Positions 31,815 to 42,260 are shown, counted from the stretch's first letter. The stretch: 64,000 nucleotides of DNA from an uncultured Alphaproteobacteria bacterium (GCA_905480575.1 CAJQQZ010000054.1:31210-95209), one strand, 5' to 3'. Numbers and translations are program-made. Notes: a model not told the origin generated them from the sequence alone.

Positions 31815-33439
31815 ACAATTTTCCCATCGACCATTGTCATGTCGATTTTTGCTTCTGGGATGGATTCAACACCCTCTGATACCAAATCATGTGAGATGAT
31901 GGCTAGATCGGCAAGTTTGCCGGGTTCCAGGCTGCCTTTAATGGCCTCTTCTTTGCCAGAGTAAGCAGCGTTGACTGTATAGCTTTCAAGAGCTTCCTGA
32001 ACCGTGAGGCCTTGCTCTGGGAAGAAACCGTTGTCTTCTCCAGGCCTCTTCCGCGCCATTGTCGAATAGAGGCAGTAAAATGGATCGATGTCTTCGATCG
32101 GCGAATCCGTGCCGTTCGAAAGGGGAATGCCCATGTCCTGCATCGTGCGAAAGACATAGGCGCGCTCTTTGCACCTCGCCTCACCCAACCGCTCCAACAG
32201 GAAATCGGCATCAGAGGCGACAAATGATCCCTGGATGGGTGCCAAGACGCCTAGCTGATTGAACCTTGGCAGATCATCGGGGTGAATAGCAGCCGCGTGT
32301 TCCAGCCGCCACCGCGCTTGCCGGACGAGGGGATGGGTCTCCGCGGCGCGCTGGTAGTGATCTAGAACCTCACGGACGGCTCTGTCGCCAATGGCATGGA
32401 TCGCCATTTGCAATTGATGCTCTATCGCCAGTTGAATGGTTTCAGCAATCTTTTCTTCGCTGTCGTAATAGAGCCCAATATCGTTCAGCTTATCAGCGTA
32501 AGGCTCGAGCATAAGGGCGGTGTTGGAGCCAAAGGCTCCGTCCATAAAACGCTTCAGCGCTGTGATTTTAAGCCAATTTTCCTTGCCTTGATGTCGAGCG
32601 GAAGCGAGGCGTTCCTTCAAACGTTCAGGCTCTTCATGAATAAAAGCCAAGACACGCACACCCAAGCCGTTTTCTTCTGCCCTATCGAGAAAGAAATCGT
32701 ATTCCTGGAACGTCGTCATCATGTCATGGAAAGTGGCGATGCCATGGCTATGCAAAGCATTGATTGCTGCATCCAATGTTCGATCATTGGCGGCTTTGAT
32801 CTCGGTTGCTGGTCGGGAAGAAAGAGCCTTCTGGTAAGCAGCATAAATGTCTTCCCGTGCTGCTTCACGAAAGACGCCGGTCAGTTCGCCATTTGCGAGC
32901 TTTAGCTTGTCGCCGCCTTCAGGATCGGGCGTATCTTTATTGACCCCCGCCAGTTTGATCGCGAGTGAGTTGACGATCAGAATGTGACCTGAGTTGTGGG
33001 TCAAGATGACAGGATGATTGGGTGCAATTAGATCCAGCTCTGCGTTGACTGGCAGTCCCTCTACAGCGTCAGCGGGCAGTTGGTCCCATCTCGCCTGGTG
33101 CCAGCCTCGACCATAAATCCACTGACCTTCTGGCGTTCGCTCGACCTCCTTTTTGACCTGATGCAGAATTTCATCCCAAGACTTAGCGGCGTCAAAGTTG
33201 AGGCAAAGATACTTTTGGCCGAGTTTCATGAGGTGCGCATGGCCTTCGATAAAGGCTGGCATCACCATTCGGCCCTCAAGCGCAATCTCTTTGGTTCGAG
33301 GACCTCGGTAAGTGGCCATCTCCTTGGCAGTTCCAACGGCTAGAATCTTGTTCCCTCCAATAGCCACGGCTTCGCTATGGGGGTTGCTTTTGTCCATGGT
33401 ACGAACGGAAGCTTCCGTCAAAATAAGATCGGCCGTCAT
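31802..33439 (-). CDS. Metal-dependent amidohydrolase (YtcJ-like amidohydrolase 3 family)
   Basis: 545 aa. N-terminal PAFIEGHAHLMKLG metal-binding motif. Convergent with the MFS gene. Confidence 0.75.
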   Translation of the reverse strand: MTADLILTEASVRTMDKSNPHSEAVAIGGNKILAVGTAKEMATYRGPRTKEIALEGRMVMPAFIEGHAHLMKLGQKYLCLNFDAAKSWDEILHQVKKEVERTPEGQWIYGRGWHQARWDQLPADAVEGLPVNAELDLIAPNHPVILTHNSGHILIVNSLAIKLAGVNKDTPDPEGGDKLKLANGELTGVFREAAREDIYAAYQKALSSRPATEIKAANDRTLDAAINALHSHGIATFHDMMTTFQEYDFFLDRAEENGLGVRVLAFIHEEPERLKERLASARHQGKENWLKITALKRFMDGAFGSNTALMLEPYADKLNDIGLYYDSEEKIAETIQLAIEHQLQMAIHAIGDRAVREVLDHYQRAAETHPLVRQARWRLEHAAAIHPDDLPRFNQLGVLAPIQGSFVASDADFLLERLGEARCKERAYVFRTMQDMGIPLSNGTDSPIEDIDPFYCLYSTMARKRPGEDNGFFPEQGLTVQEALESYTVNAAYSGKEEAIKGSLEPGKLADLAIISHDLVSEGVESIPEAKIDMTMVDGKIVYEA

Positions 33440-33562
33440 AGCGGTTTCCTTGCTGCCATGTGCTAATTGCAGGGCTGGTGTACGTTTTTGATGCTTCTAA
33501 ACTTTGTCCCTCGATGCCATATTCTGATCAAGACAACAACCGAACAAAAAGGACAGAATTCC

Positions 33563-33760
33563 ATGGCACAGGCAGCAACAGCAAATTTTCAAATCGATAC
33601 GTCAGCTGATAATCGCGTAGATGTTCTCGCTGCAATCGCTAACTTTTTCAGCTCTTTCAACCGCGCTTTAACAGCTGCGCAGTATGCTGAAGCCAAGTTC
33701 TACAGCAACCGCTGGAACGAGAAAGCAAGCCAGGAACTCCGCGTTCTTCTTAACAACTAA
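33563..33760 (+). CDS. Small hypothetical protein (65 aa)
   Basis: AAGGA RBS and a strong intrinsic terminator immediately downstream. No recognisable family. Confidence 0.4.
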   Translation: MAQAATANFQIDTSADNRVDVLAAIANFFSSFNRALTAAQYAEAKFYSNRWNEKASQELRVLLNN

Positions 33761-33793
33761 GAATTCAAGTTTAGTATCCTCCCTGATACTTTT

Positions 33794-33822
33794 GGCCGGT
33801 CCTTTGGATCGGCCTTTTTTTT
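33794..33822 (+). terminator. Rho-independent terminator
   Basis: GGCCG-11 nt loop-CGGCC followed by TTTTTTTT. Confidence 0.7.
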
Positions 33823-33994
33823 AGTCAGATAAAGTTTCTAGCAAAGGTTTGTGTCCACAAAGTCACAGTTGAATAGAAATGTAGTGTGTCATCATAGCGA
33901 AAGTGCGGATTAGTACTTCTTAGCAATTCAATTGTGTTATCCGGATTATTGAATGATCCAGCATTTTTAGCTGGCTCTGGGGGAAAATAACGAA

Positions 33995-35005
33995 ATGTTT
34001 GCTGTGTTTGGGAAAAAACTGATGCGTCCAGTGCTAACGGTTTTAGCGATTGGATTGCCCTTATCTGCCCCACATCAGGTAAAAGCGGACGATAACTTCA
34101 CAGTCGTGTTCAACGGCTTGGTAGACACTCATATTTACAAACTTAACTCTCACGTCAGAGTTGCCACTGGCCTGACCGTGACCCATACCGAATATGAAGA
34201 TTGGAACATCGATAATTTCAATACGAGATACGGCTTTACTGCCACAGGCGATACCGCGCTCGGCGCCTTTACAGCAAAGATTGAGGGCGAATTGTTAGGT
34301 GATCAACTTGCTATCATCCGACATGCCTTTGGACAAGTTGGTCCAATTCTCGCAGGTCAAACGGACTCACTTATGCGCGAAGGGATGCCGTTCCTTTCCG
34401 GCTCGGACGATAGTTTTTATACAATTGAATCCATTTCAGCGCCGACCACCTGGCGGCAAAGACAGCAGCTAAGATATACAACTCATTTTGGTGATGCGAC
34501 GTTGGCCGTTGCATTGGAAGACAATTTTCAAACCAATAGTGACTTTTTTGACATTACCGCCAATCTGCAGACAGAAGTTGGGTCAGCGAAGATCGCCGTT
34601 GCTGCTTTATATGACCCAACCCGTGATGACCAATTTGTGATCACTGGCTCCGCTTCTTTTAAGCTTGGCCCTGCGGATGCCTTCGTGACGGGTACTTTCT
34701 CCCAGGGGATTCTCGGACTGCAAGCGGTTGGTTGGCCTGACGCTTCGTCAATCGGCGTTGGGGTAGGCGCCCACATTCCTTTGGATGATAATCTGACTGC
34801 TTTCGTCGGTGCAGGGCGTGCGGAGAATCAAACCTATGAAAATACAATCAATTATTTTGCCGGTTCACTAACTTGGTCGCCGCTTCCTCAGCACGAGGTG
34901 GGTGGTAGAGTTCAGTACTCCGAATATTTTCATGGTAACTTCTCCGGTACGACATACGAGTATGATTATTTGCTCTTTGACACTTTCTGGCGATACAAGC
35001 TTTAG
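33995..35005 (+). CDS. Putative outer-membrane beta-barrel protein / porin
   Basis: Signal peptide, alternating amphipathic beta-strand pattern, aromatic-rich C-terminus. Confidence 0.5.
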   Translation: MFAVFGKKLMRPVLTVLAIGLPLSAPHQVKADDNFTVVFNGLVDTHIYKLNSHVRVATGLTVTHTEYEDWNIDNFNTRYGFTATGDTALGAFTAKIEGELLGDQLAIIRHAFGQVGPILAGQTDSLMREGMPFLSGSDDSFYTIESISAPTTWRQRQQLRYTTHFGDATLAVALEDNFQTNSDFFDITANLQTEVGSAKIAVAALYDPTRDDQFVITGSASFKLGPADAFVTGTFSQGILGLQAVGWPDASSIGVGVGAHIPLDDNLTAFVGAGRAENQTYENTINYFAGSLTWSPLPQHEVGGRVQYSEYFHGNFSGTTYEYDYLLFDTFWRYKL

Positions 35006-35063
35006 GCTGCGAAAGCTGATTTAGATTTCCCCACTTTCACTTTGAATTAGTCTAAGTGGGATT

Positions 35064-35690
35064 ATGACTTTATCGAGTTTATTTGCGATTTACTTAGCCT
35101 TTGCTATGGCTGCTATGTCGCCTGGCCCTAATTTGGTCATGGCTGCGACGTTGACAACGACCCAAGGTCGCTCATCTGGTTGGTCTGCCGGTGCAGGTGT
35201 CATTACAGCAAACTTCCTTTTCGCCCTCATAGCGATCTACGGGATGAGCAGTGTCGTGGCTGTTTGGCCGGGTTTCACTCATTTTGTCCGTTTGATCGGC
35301 GGCACATTCCTCCTCTGGTTTGCGTGGAAGCTTTGGAACTCGGCACGCGATGAACTCAACTGGCGAGAAGAAACAAGGGTGAGTGGTTTGCTTCAGGCCT
35401 ATGGTCTAGGTTTGATGACCAATCTTTCCAACCCCAAAGCGATGACGTTCTTCTTCTCGATATTTGCGGTACTAGTGCCAATCGACGCGACCAATTTAGA
35501 GAGAGCATCTGTGCTGCTTGGTTGCGGTGTCATCAACATCGCCTGGTACCTTCTTTTTGTCTACCTCTTTGGTGCCGGCTTTGTCCGAGCCCATTTACGG
35601 CCAGTCAAGTTTTGGCTCAATCGCTCTGCCGCTGTATTCTTGGGCGGCCTCGGCATCTGGATGATTGCAACCTTGATCAATTCCATTTAG
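35064..35690 (+). CDS. LysE/RhtB-family amino-acid exporter
   Basis: 208 aa, six TM segments, N-terminal AMSPGPN motif. Confidence 0.8.
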   Translation: MTLSSLFAIYLAFAMAAMSPGPNLVMAATLTTTQGRSSGWSAGAGVITANFLFALIAIYGMSSVVAVWPGFTHFVRLIGGTFLLWFAWKLWNSARDELNWREETRVSGLLQAYGLGLMTNLSNPKAMTFFFSIFAVLVPIDATNLERASVLLGCGVINIAWYLLFVYLFGAGFVRAHLRPVKFWLNRSAAVFLGGLGIWMIATLINSI

Positions 35691-35724
35691 CTTGCCTGAA
35701 ATTGTTTAGCTAAAGGGTTTCCCA

Positions 35725-36396
35725 ATGACGTTTTCCATTTCCGCCGTTTGCCCAGAGACAGGTCAGTTTGGTGTCGCAGTTACTTCCAGCTCGCTTTGTG
35801 TTGCCGCTCGCTGTGCCTTTGCCAGAGCGCACTACGGCGCTGTTGCCACGCAAAACATTACTGACCCAAGGCTGGCACCGCGTATCCTCGATTTGTTGTC
35901 TGAGGGCTATCAGGCTCGGGAAGCGTTGGATGCGATCATGGCTGCTCACGCGCGCCGGCAGTATCGCCAGCTTGCTGTCGTGGATCGTTATGGCAACACC
36001 GCAACACATACGGGCGCAAACACTCTTGGGACCAATGCAGTGGCGACCGGAAATGGTGTCGCGGCAGCGGGCAATTTGCTGTCTCATGTTGGCGTGCCGC
36101 AGGCCATGGTTGACGGGTTTAAGAATGCTTCTGGACAATTGGGCGACCGTTTGGTCGCAGGTATGTTGGCGGGCTTGGCATCCGGTGGCGAGATGGGCCC
36201 AGTCGCGTCGGCTGGCATGGTTATCGCTGACAAAGAGCAATGGTACATTGCTGACATTCGCGTTGATAAAGCGGACACTCCAATCGAAGACATGGCGGCC
36301 ACTTGGGAAGCCTGGAAACCTGAGATGCACGACTATGTGACCCGTGGCATAAACCCTGAGACCGCTCCTTCATATGGCGTGCCAGGTGATGAGTAA
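35725..36396 (+). CDS. DUF1028-family (Ntn-hydrolase-like) protein
   Basis: N-terminus MTFSISAVCPETGQFGVAVTSS is typical of DUF1028. Confidence 0.65.
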   Translation: MTFSISAVCPETGQFGVAVTSSSLCVAARCAFARAHYGAVATQNITDPRLAPRILDLLSEGYQAREALDAIMAAHARRQYRQLAVVDRYGNTATHTGANTLGTNAVATGNGVAAAGNLLSHVGVPQAMVDGFKNASGQLGDRLVAGMLAGLASGGEMGPVASAGMVIADKEQWYIADIRVDKADTPIEDMAATWEAWKPEMHDYVTRGINPETAPSYGVPGDE

Positions 36397-36988
36397 GCCC
36401 GTCATCGATTATTACTTCACGATCCAATCACCCTGGTCCTTCTTTGGACTCTCGCGCTTGCGTGCTGCTGCGGAAAAATCGGGCGCCACGGTAAACTACA
36501 AGGCTTGTAATCTAGGTGCCGTCTTCAGTGTGACAGGCGGCTTGCCCGTTAAGAAGCGTTCACCGCAACGTTTGGCCTATCGCATGATGGAATTGAAGCG
36601 TTGGAAGGTGAAGCTCAATCTTGACTTCAATTTTGAACCGGCGTTTTTCCCCTTTGATGATAATCCCGCCAACAAGATGATCATGGCCGCGACTGATGCT
36701 GGTTTGGATGTTGGCGATTTGGCCAATGCACTTCATCGTGGTGTCTGGTGCGATGACCTCAACATGGCGGAAGACGACAACCTCATTTCCGTGGCGACAG
36801 CCGCTGGTTATGATGGCCAAGCGCTGCTGCAAACCGTGCAAAGCGGGTCCTTGGATGCGCGCTATGAGGCTTTAACCCAGGAAGCCATCGACGCCAATGT
36901 TTTTGGGGCACCGACTTACGTGGTTGATGGTGAGAATTTTTGGGGCCAAGATCGACTTGATTTTCTGAAAGAACGCCTGTTAGGGTAA
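36392..36988 (+). CDS. 2-hydroxychromene-2-carboxylate isomerase-like (DsbA/GST-kappa fold)
   Basis: IDYYFTIQSPWSFFG N-terminus and C-terminal FGAPTYVVDGENFWGQDRLDFL. Start overlaps the DUF1028 stop. Confidence 0.75.
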   Translation, partial: SKPVIDYYFTIQSPWSFFGLSRLRAAAEKSGATVNYKACNLGAVFSVTGGLPVKKRSPQRLAYRMMELKRWKVKLNLDFNFEPAFFPFDDNPANKMIMAATDAGLDVGDLANALHRGVWCDDLNMAEDDNLISVATAAGYDGQALLQTVQSGSLDARYEALTQEAIDANVFGAPTYVVDGENFWGQDRLDFLKERLLG

Positions 36989-37021
36989 CTTCTGAATTTA
37001 GCGAACAGAAGAGTACAGAAT

Positions 37022-37855
37022 ATGCCAAAGGTCCTGAACCGAGACCAGATTGATTCTTATGAGCGCGATGGTTTCCTTTCTCCTGTTACGGTGATGTCAC
37101 CAGAAGAGGCGGGAGAGTTCCGCAAAGCGCTCGAAGAGGCAGAAGCCAAATGGCCTGAGGCATTTGAAGGGGCAGGACGCAACAACGCTCACCTCAATTT
37201 CAAATTTCTGGACGAGTTGGTGCATGATGCCCGTATCGTCGATGCTGTCGAGGATCTGCTTGGCCCGAACCTTTTGGCCTATGGGACAGTGCTCTTCATC
37301 AAAGATCCTAACACGCCGGGTTTTGTGAGCTGGCATCAAGATGCGACTTACATGGGACTTACACCACCTGCCTCTGGTGCTACGGTCTGGTTGGCTCTAT
37401 CACCGTCCAACCTAGAGACCGGTTGCATGAAGATGGTACCAGGAACCCACAAAGACGGCATCAGGTCTCACGTTGATACCTTCGCAGAAACCAACATTCT
37501 GACCCGTGGCCAAGACATCCAGGATGTTGACGAAAGCAACATTGTCGATCTGGTTTTGGAACCCGGTCAAATGTCTTTCCATTCTATGACCGTTATCCAT
37601 GGTTCTGAGCCCAACCTCAGTGACGAGCGACGGATTGGCTTCGTGATCCAGTGCTATATGAAGCCAGAGATGCAGCAGACCATTAAGCCAGTCTATGCCC
37701 AGCATGTTCGTGGCGAAGACCCTTTTGGCAACTTTCTGCCAACACCGCGTGCCTCCGGAAACATGATGCCTGAAGACGTCGCAAGACGCGATCACTGCAA
37801 CGAGATCTGGTCGGACATTCTCTATCACGGTGCCGAAAAGCGCCGAGATTTCTAG
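37022..37855 (+). CDS. Phytanoyl-CoA dioxygenase (PhyH) family Fe(II)/2-oxoglutarate oxygenase
   Basis: WHQD…H facial-triad pattern and PhyH-like length (277 aa). Confidence 0.7.
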   Translation: MPKVLNRDQIDSYERDGFLSPVTVMSPEEAGEFRKALEEAEAKWPEAFEGAGRNNAHLNFKFLDELVHDARIVDAVEDLLGPNLLAYGTVLFIKDPNTPGFVSWHQDATYMGLTPPASGATVWLALSPSNLETGCMKMVPGTHKDGIRSHVDTFAETNILTRGQDIQDVDESNIVDLVLEPGQMSFHSMTVIHGSEPNLSDERRIGFVIQCYMKPEMQQTIKPVYAQHVRGEDPFGNFLPTPRASGNMMPEDVARRDHCNEIWSDILYHGAEKRRDF

Positions 37856-37959
37856 ACGTTCAGAAAGCGTTTATTTTCAATTCATCAATCGTTCAGACTG
37901 TCTGTGCTTAATTGGGATCAACAAATGACCTGATTAAAGATACACGAAAGGACTGAACA

Positions 37960-38535
37960 ATGTTGAACCGCCGTCAAATATTTAGAGGTGCCGCCGCCGC
38001 AACAGCTGCGGTCACTTTGAGCACTCTTCCTGGCCTAGCTTTTGCCCAACACGCGATCTCGGCGGACCAGATTGAACGGTCGTTGAAAGTAGCGCCAAAG
38101 TTGCTGTTGCCTTTCAACAACCGTATCAAACGCAAAGAGCTGCGTCACCGCCAAGACTTGCGCATCGTCGCCCCGTCGATTGACATTCATGCGATCAATT
38201 TCGAGTTTGGCTCAGATCGTATTCCCCGCAATCAGCGTTGGAAAGTGCGCGAGATCGCCCGTGCTATGCGTCGGATGCTTCGCCGCGATCCTTACGAGGT
38301 GTTCCTGATCGAAGGGCATACAGATGCAGTGAGCTCTCATAGATTTAACCAACATCTGTCAGAGCGTCGTGCGGCCTCGTTGAAACGACTGTTGGTCCGT
38401 CGGTTTGGTATCAACCCCTATGCTTTGGAAACCGTTGGTTTTGGCGAAGAATACCTGCTCGTGCCGACCCCATATGAGGAATGGCGTAATCGCCGTGTAA
38501 CGCTACGCCGCGTGACTGACATCGTCACGGGCTAA
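37960..38535 (+). CDS. OmpA-family (OmpA_C-like) peptidoglycan-associated protein with TAT-like signal
   Basis: RRQIFRGAAAATAAV signal. OmpA-C motifs (IEGHTDAVSS…NQHLSERRAASLKRLLV). Confidence 0.7.
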   Translation: MLNRRQIFRGAAAATAAVTLSTLPGLAFAQHAISADQIERSLKVAPKLLLPFNNRIKRKELRHRQDLRIVAPSIDIHAINFEFGSDRIPRNQRWKVREIARAMRRMLRRDPYEVFLIEGHTDAVSSHRFNQHLSERRAASLKRLLVRRFGINPYALETVGFGEEYLLVPTPYEEWRNRRVTLRRVTDIVTG

Positions 38536-38539
38536 CCCT

Positions 38540-39166
38540 CTAATTTGAGCTCCAGTAATTGTCTAGGTAGGCTTGATATTGAACAGGGAGGTTCACTGGG
38601 CTGAAACTGCCCATCAGCCCGGAAACAACGATCACGCCTACCACCAGCCCGGCCCAAGGGAGCAGCACTTGCACCTTTGTGGCCGGTGCTGGCCATGAGC
38701 GGAACCGCAACGCACAAGCCAAGTGAGCAAAAATGGCGACAATTCCTAGAACGTAATAGGGGACGAAATACCAGACGAAAGGCGCTTTGCTGACAACACC
38801 AGCAGCCCAGTATGAGTTGGTGTCTAATGCATAGATCATCCGTGTTGCCACAGCAGCCGTCATGTGTTGCAGCAAGAAGAACGCAATATAACCACCGGAC
38901 AAAACCTGAAGCCAAGCCCAGCCGCCTTGAGGTTTCCCTCGACGAAAAATCAACATCAGCCCGATTATCATCTGGGCAAAGAAAAGTGCAAAGAGCAGAA
39001 TTTCTACTGGTAAGAAACGATAGATTATCCTGAGAGCCTCCATGACCGCCAAGTGATTGTCAATCCCTAAGACAATCGTCATATGGTTGATCAAATGCAG
39101 AACAATGAAAACTAGAAGCAACAAGGCGTTGGTTCTGTGTAGTTTTCTAAGCGTGTTATTCGCCAT
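38540..39166 (-). CDS. Integral membrane protein of unknown function
   Basis: Six hydrophobic segments. Immediately downstream of, and co-oriented with, an MFS gene. Confidence 0.45.
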   Translation of the reverse strand: MANNTLRKLHRTNALLLLVFIVLHLINHMTIVLGIDNHLAVMEALRIIYRFLPVEILLFALFFAQMIIGLMLIFRRGKPQGGWAWLQVLSGGYIAFFLLQHMTAAVATRMIYALDTNSYWAAGVVSKAPFVWYFVPYYVLGIVAIFAHLACALRFRSWPAPATKVQVLLPWAGLVVGVIVVSGLMGSFSPVNLPVQYQAYLDNYWSSN

Positions 39167-39167
39167 T

Positions 39168-40340
39168 TTAGGCTCCTGCTGGTTGACTCTTTTTGCCGAT
39201 CGCCAGCCAGATCAAGGCACCGCCAGCGAGCGCCAAGAATGGGAGCATGGCGTAGTTCACAGCAGACCAACCTTCGACGGCGTTGCCACCTGAACAGTTC
39301 ATCAAAAGGCCCGAGGACAGCGAAGCGAGCGTTACCATACCGAAAACCGCAAAATCGTTCATGCCTTGAACACGAGCACGTTCTTCGGGCGCATGGGCAG
39401 AAGCCAACATGGCCGTTCCGCCAATGAATGAGAAATTCCATCCGATCCCAAGCAAGATGAGCGCGATGAAGAAGTTCTCGAGCTCGACCCCTGCGAGCGC
39501 AACCGCCCCAGAGCAAAATAGGATTGCTAGACCGGCGGCTATGATCTTTTCAACCCCAAATCGGGCGATCAAATGCCCGGTAAAGAACGAGGGAATGAAC
39601 ATGAACAGCACATGCGCGGAGACGATATCAGCGGCATCGTTTGTGGTGAAACCACAACCAACCACCGCGAGGGGTGTGGACGTCATTGAGAGATTCATCA
39701 AAGAGTATCCGACCATAGCACAAATCATAGCCACCAAAATTCGAGGTGTTTTCAATAATTCGAACCGACTGCGCCCTTGATTTGTAGCAGTCTGTTTCTC
39801 TGGCTTCGGAATATCAAGGAAACGGAAAATCCATACGGAGCAGATGTTAATCGCCATCAGTGTGAGATAGCCACCAGCAAAAGGCACAGGTGAAAGAGCG
39901 TCCTGTGTAAATTTTACAAGCTGCGGGCCAGCGATGGCCGCAAACAAACCGCCGACCATAACGTAGGAAATGGCTTTCGGACGGAACTCAACGCTGGCCG
40001 TGTCGGTCGCCGCAAACCGATAGAAGCCATGAGCGGACATGTAGATGCCGATAAGGAAGGATCCCGCTAGGAAGATTGGAAACGAATCAACGTAGAGCCC
40101 TAGCGCACAAACGGCACCGCCTAGCGCACCACCCATTGAGCCAATGGTGAAACCCAAGGCGCGGCCATGATTCTGCATAAGATTGGCCATAAAGGGCGCA
40201 GTAACCATTGAACCGAAAACGGTCAAAGATATCGGGAGTGTTGCCCAGCACTTGTCGATGGAAAGCAGTTGGCCAGACAGTCCACCCAGCACAAAATGTA
40301 TTGGCATTTGTGCGCCCAAGATGGCTTGAGCGATGACCAA
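39168..40340 (-). CDS. MFS transporter
   Basis: 390 aa, 12 TM. Confidence 0.7.
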   Translation of the reverse strand: MVIAQAILGAQMPIHFVLGGLSGQLLSIDKCWATLPISLTVFGSMVTAPFMANLMQNHGRALGFTIGSMGGALGGAVCALGLYVDSFPIFLAGSFLIGIYMSAHGFYRFAATDTASVEFRPKAISYVMVGGLFAAIAGPQLVKFTQDALSPVPFAGGYLTLMAINICSVWIFRFLDIPKPEKQTATNQGRSRFELLKTPRILVAMICAMVGYSLMNLSMTSTPLAVVGCGFTTNDAADIVSAHVLFMFIPSFFTGHLIARFGVEKIIAAGLAILFCSGAVALAGVELENFFIALILLGIGWNFSFIGGTAMLASAHAPEERARVQGMNDFAVFGMVTLASLSSGLLMNCSGGNAVEGWSAVNYAMLPFLALAGGALIWLAIGKKSQPAGA

Positions 40341-40478
40341 GATGCCAACGTTCTTTTTGGCTCGACCGTGGTCGTATGTTTCTGATGCAGTTGAAATGGG
40401 TCTAACTTTCGTGAGGGACTTGTGGTCAATCTAGATTGGCTAACATGAAGAGCAAGAGGCGGGAAGTGCTATGCTGTC

Positions 40479-41378
40479 TCACCCCTCCGGCCGTTTGCCG
40501 ATCATTTGGCTGATGACAGGAAAATACTTGGCGCCGTGACCTGCTTCCGCCGTCCGCTCTAGGACCTTGCAAAGGTTCTCTGCGCCGCCAACAAAAAGCT
40601 CTGATTGATCCGCAAGCTGTAAGGCGTAAGCAACATCTTTGAGAGCGTACATGACGGAGAAGGCTTGTGTTGGAAAGTCCTTCGGAATGATGGCTTTCCT
40701 GGCATGATTGCGAAGCGCGAATGAATCCGCTGAAGCGGTCCCGAAAAACTCAGCCAGTTTGTCTGCTGCAACGCCGTTCTGCTCAGCGATGGCGAAGGCT
40801 TCTGACAGTGCATTTACCGTTTGAAACAGCACCATGTTGTTCATGATTTTCACAACCTGACCACAACCGGTATCACCACAGTGATTGATCTCCTCCCCCA
40901 TACACAGGAGGTAGGGTTCGATAAGTTTGAAATTCTCTCCACTCGCCCCCACCATGATGGACAGTGTGCCGTCAATGGCAGCATGCCGGGTTCTGGCTAT
41001 TGGCGCATCGATGTAGGTGACGTTAGCCTGCGAAAACTCATTAGCAATGTCTCTGGTCATCTGAACGGGGGTTGTGCCAAGGTCGACGACTATCTGACCC
41101 GGCATAGCGCCATCGATCAAGCCACGTTCCATTCGGCAAACCAGATCGACCTCCTTGCCGCTGGGTAGTGCCATAAAGATAATATCAGTTTGTGCGATCA
41201 GGTCTCGCAGTTCTCGGCAAGCCTTAACGCCGACATCCGCAAGGCTGGCCACGCGGTTTGGATCTTGGTCAAATGCGAAAACCGAGCAACCAGACTTCTT
41301 TGCAAGATTGCGGCACATCGGCATACCCATGACGCCAAGACCAATAAAACCAAGGTTTAGGGAAGTGTCGATCATTGC
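40479..41378 (-). CDS. NAD(P)-dependent 3-hydroxyisobutyrate dehydrogenase-family oxidoreductase
   Basis: Start at MIDTSLNLGFIGLGVMG. HIBADH-like length and motifs. Confidence 0.75.
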   Translation of the reverse strand, partial: AMIDTSLNLGFIGLGVMGMPMCRNLAKKSGCSVFAFDQDPNRVASLADVGVKACRELRDLIAQTDIIFMALPSGKEVDLVCRMERGLIDGAMPGQIVVDLGTTPVQMTRDIANEFSQANVTYIDAPIARTRHAAIDGTLSIMVGASGENFKLIEPYLLCMGEEINHCGDTGCGQVVKIMNNMVLFQTVNALSEAFAIAEQNGVAADKLAEFFGTASADSFALRNHARKAIIPKDFPTQAFSVMYALKDVAYALQLADQSELFVGGAENLCKVLERTAEAGHGAKYFPVISQMIGKRPEG

Positions 41379-41560
41379 TTGTTTTCCTGTTAAGCAGGGT
41401 GTTGAGAAGGGGCCAAGTCTGACCAACTTATCCTAACACCATTTTTCACTGGCGAACCAGTCCCTGCCGTCAAAGAAGTAGCGGAAGAAGACTGGTAGTT
41501 GGTCGAGCCATCAGGACAGCAAAACGGCCGAGCTTTGTTTGGAAACTTGTAGAGTCTTAA

Positions 41561-41962
41561 TCAGTGAACCTGGATGACCTTCAAATGAGTCATGCTGAAC
41601 GGGCTGTGTAATTGGGCGGTATTATTGGTGAAGATCAGCCGGTCATCCATTGAAATCGAAACCGCTACACTTACCTCTCTACCGAGTCTTGGGGCCTCTG
41701 GCATCTTTATGGAAAAGGGCATGCGAAGGCTACGGTTGATTAAGTAACTACCTGATTTCAGGCTTTGATTAGCGTCAGCCAAATTTGGATCAACGTAGTC
41801 AATGGTGATCGTAGCACCTGAGGGAACCAGGGCCTGACAGTCGCAAGAAATGGACGCCAGCCGCCCAACGGAAGGCATCGTGACATTGCCAGCCACCACA
41901 ATTTGTTGTGTGGCAACTAGCGCTGCCACTACTAAACCTGGTATGATGACTGATCTGAACAC
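41561..41962 (-). CDS. Secreted hypothetical protein (signal peptide)
   Basis: N-terminal hydrophobic signal. No recognisable family. Confidence 0.35.
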   Translation of the reverse strand: MFRSVIIPGLVVAALVATQQIVVAGNVTMPSVGRLASISCDCQALVPSGATITIDYVDPNLADANQSLKSGSYLINRSLRMPFSIKMPEAPRLGREVSVAVSISMDDRLIFTNNTAQLHSPFSMTHLKVIQVH

Positions 41963-42074
41963 GGTATTCTCCCTCGAGTCTCAAGATATTTGGAAGAATC
42001 GAAGAATCCAAGACCCCTTGTGGAGTTGTGGAACCAGTTAGACGCTAGATTTCTGTGGAAGACTTGTATAGTTT

Positions 42075-42260
42075 GCATTTTGCAAGGTGCTGGTCCCGCA
42101 AGGGGCCGGATAATTGGGAAGTTGGTACAGGTTTCACCCCTAAGCCAACGCTGCCCCCGCAACGGTAGAGAAGAGAGCTTGTCACTAAGCCACTGGGGTA
42201 ACCTGGGAAGGCGACAGGCGAGAGTTAAAAACTCACTTCTGAGCCCGGAAACCAGCCTTG
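42075..42260 (+). ncRNA. Cobalamin (B12) riboswitch
   Basis: Conserved elements in the RF00174 order: AGGTGC (42085), AATTGGGAAG, GCTGCCCCCGCAACGG, GCCACTG (42189-42195), GGGAAGGC (42205-42212), and the B12 box GAGCCCGGAAACCAGCC (42241-42257; 14 of 16 to AGYCMGGAGACCKGCC). Confidence 0.75.
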
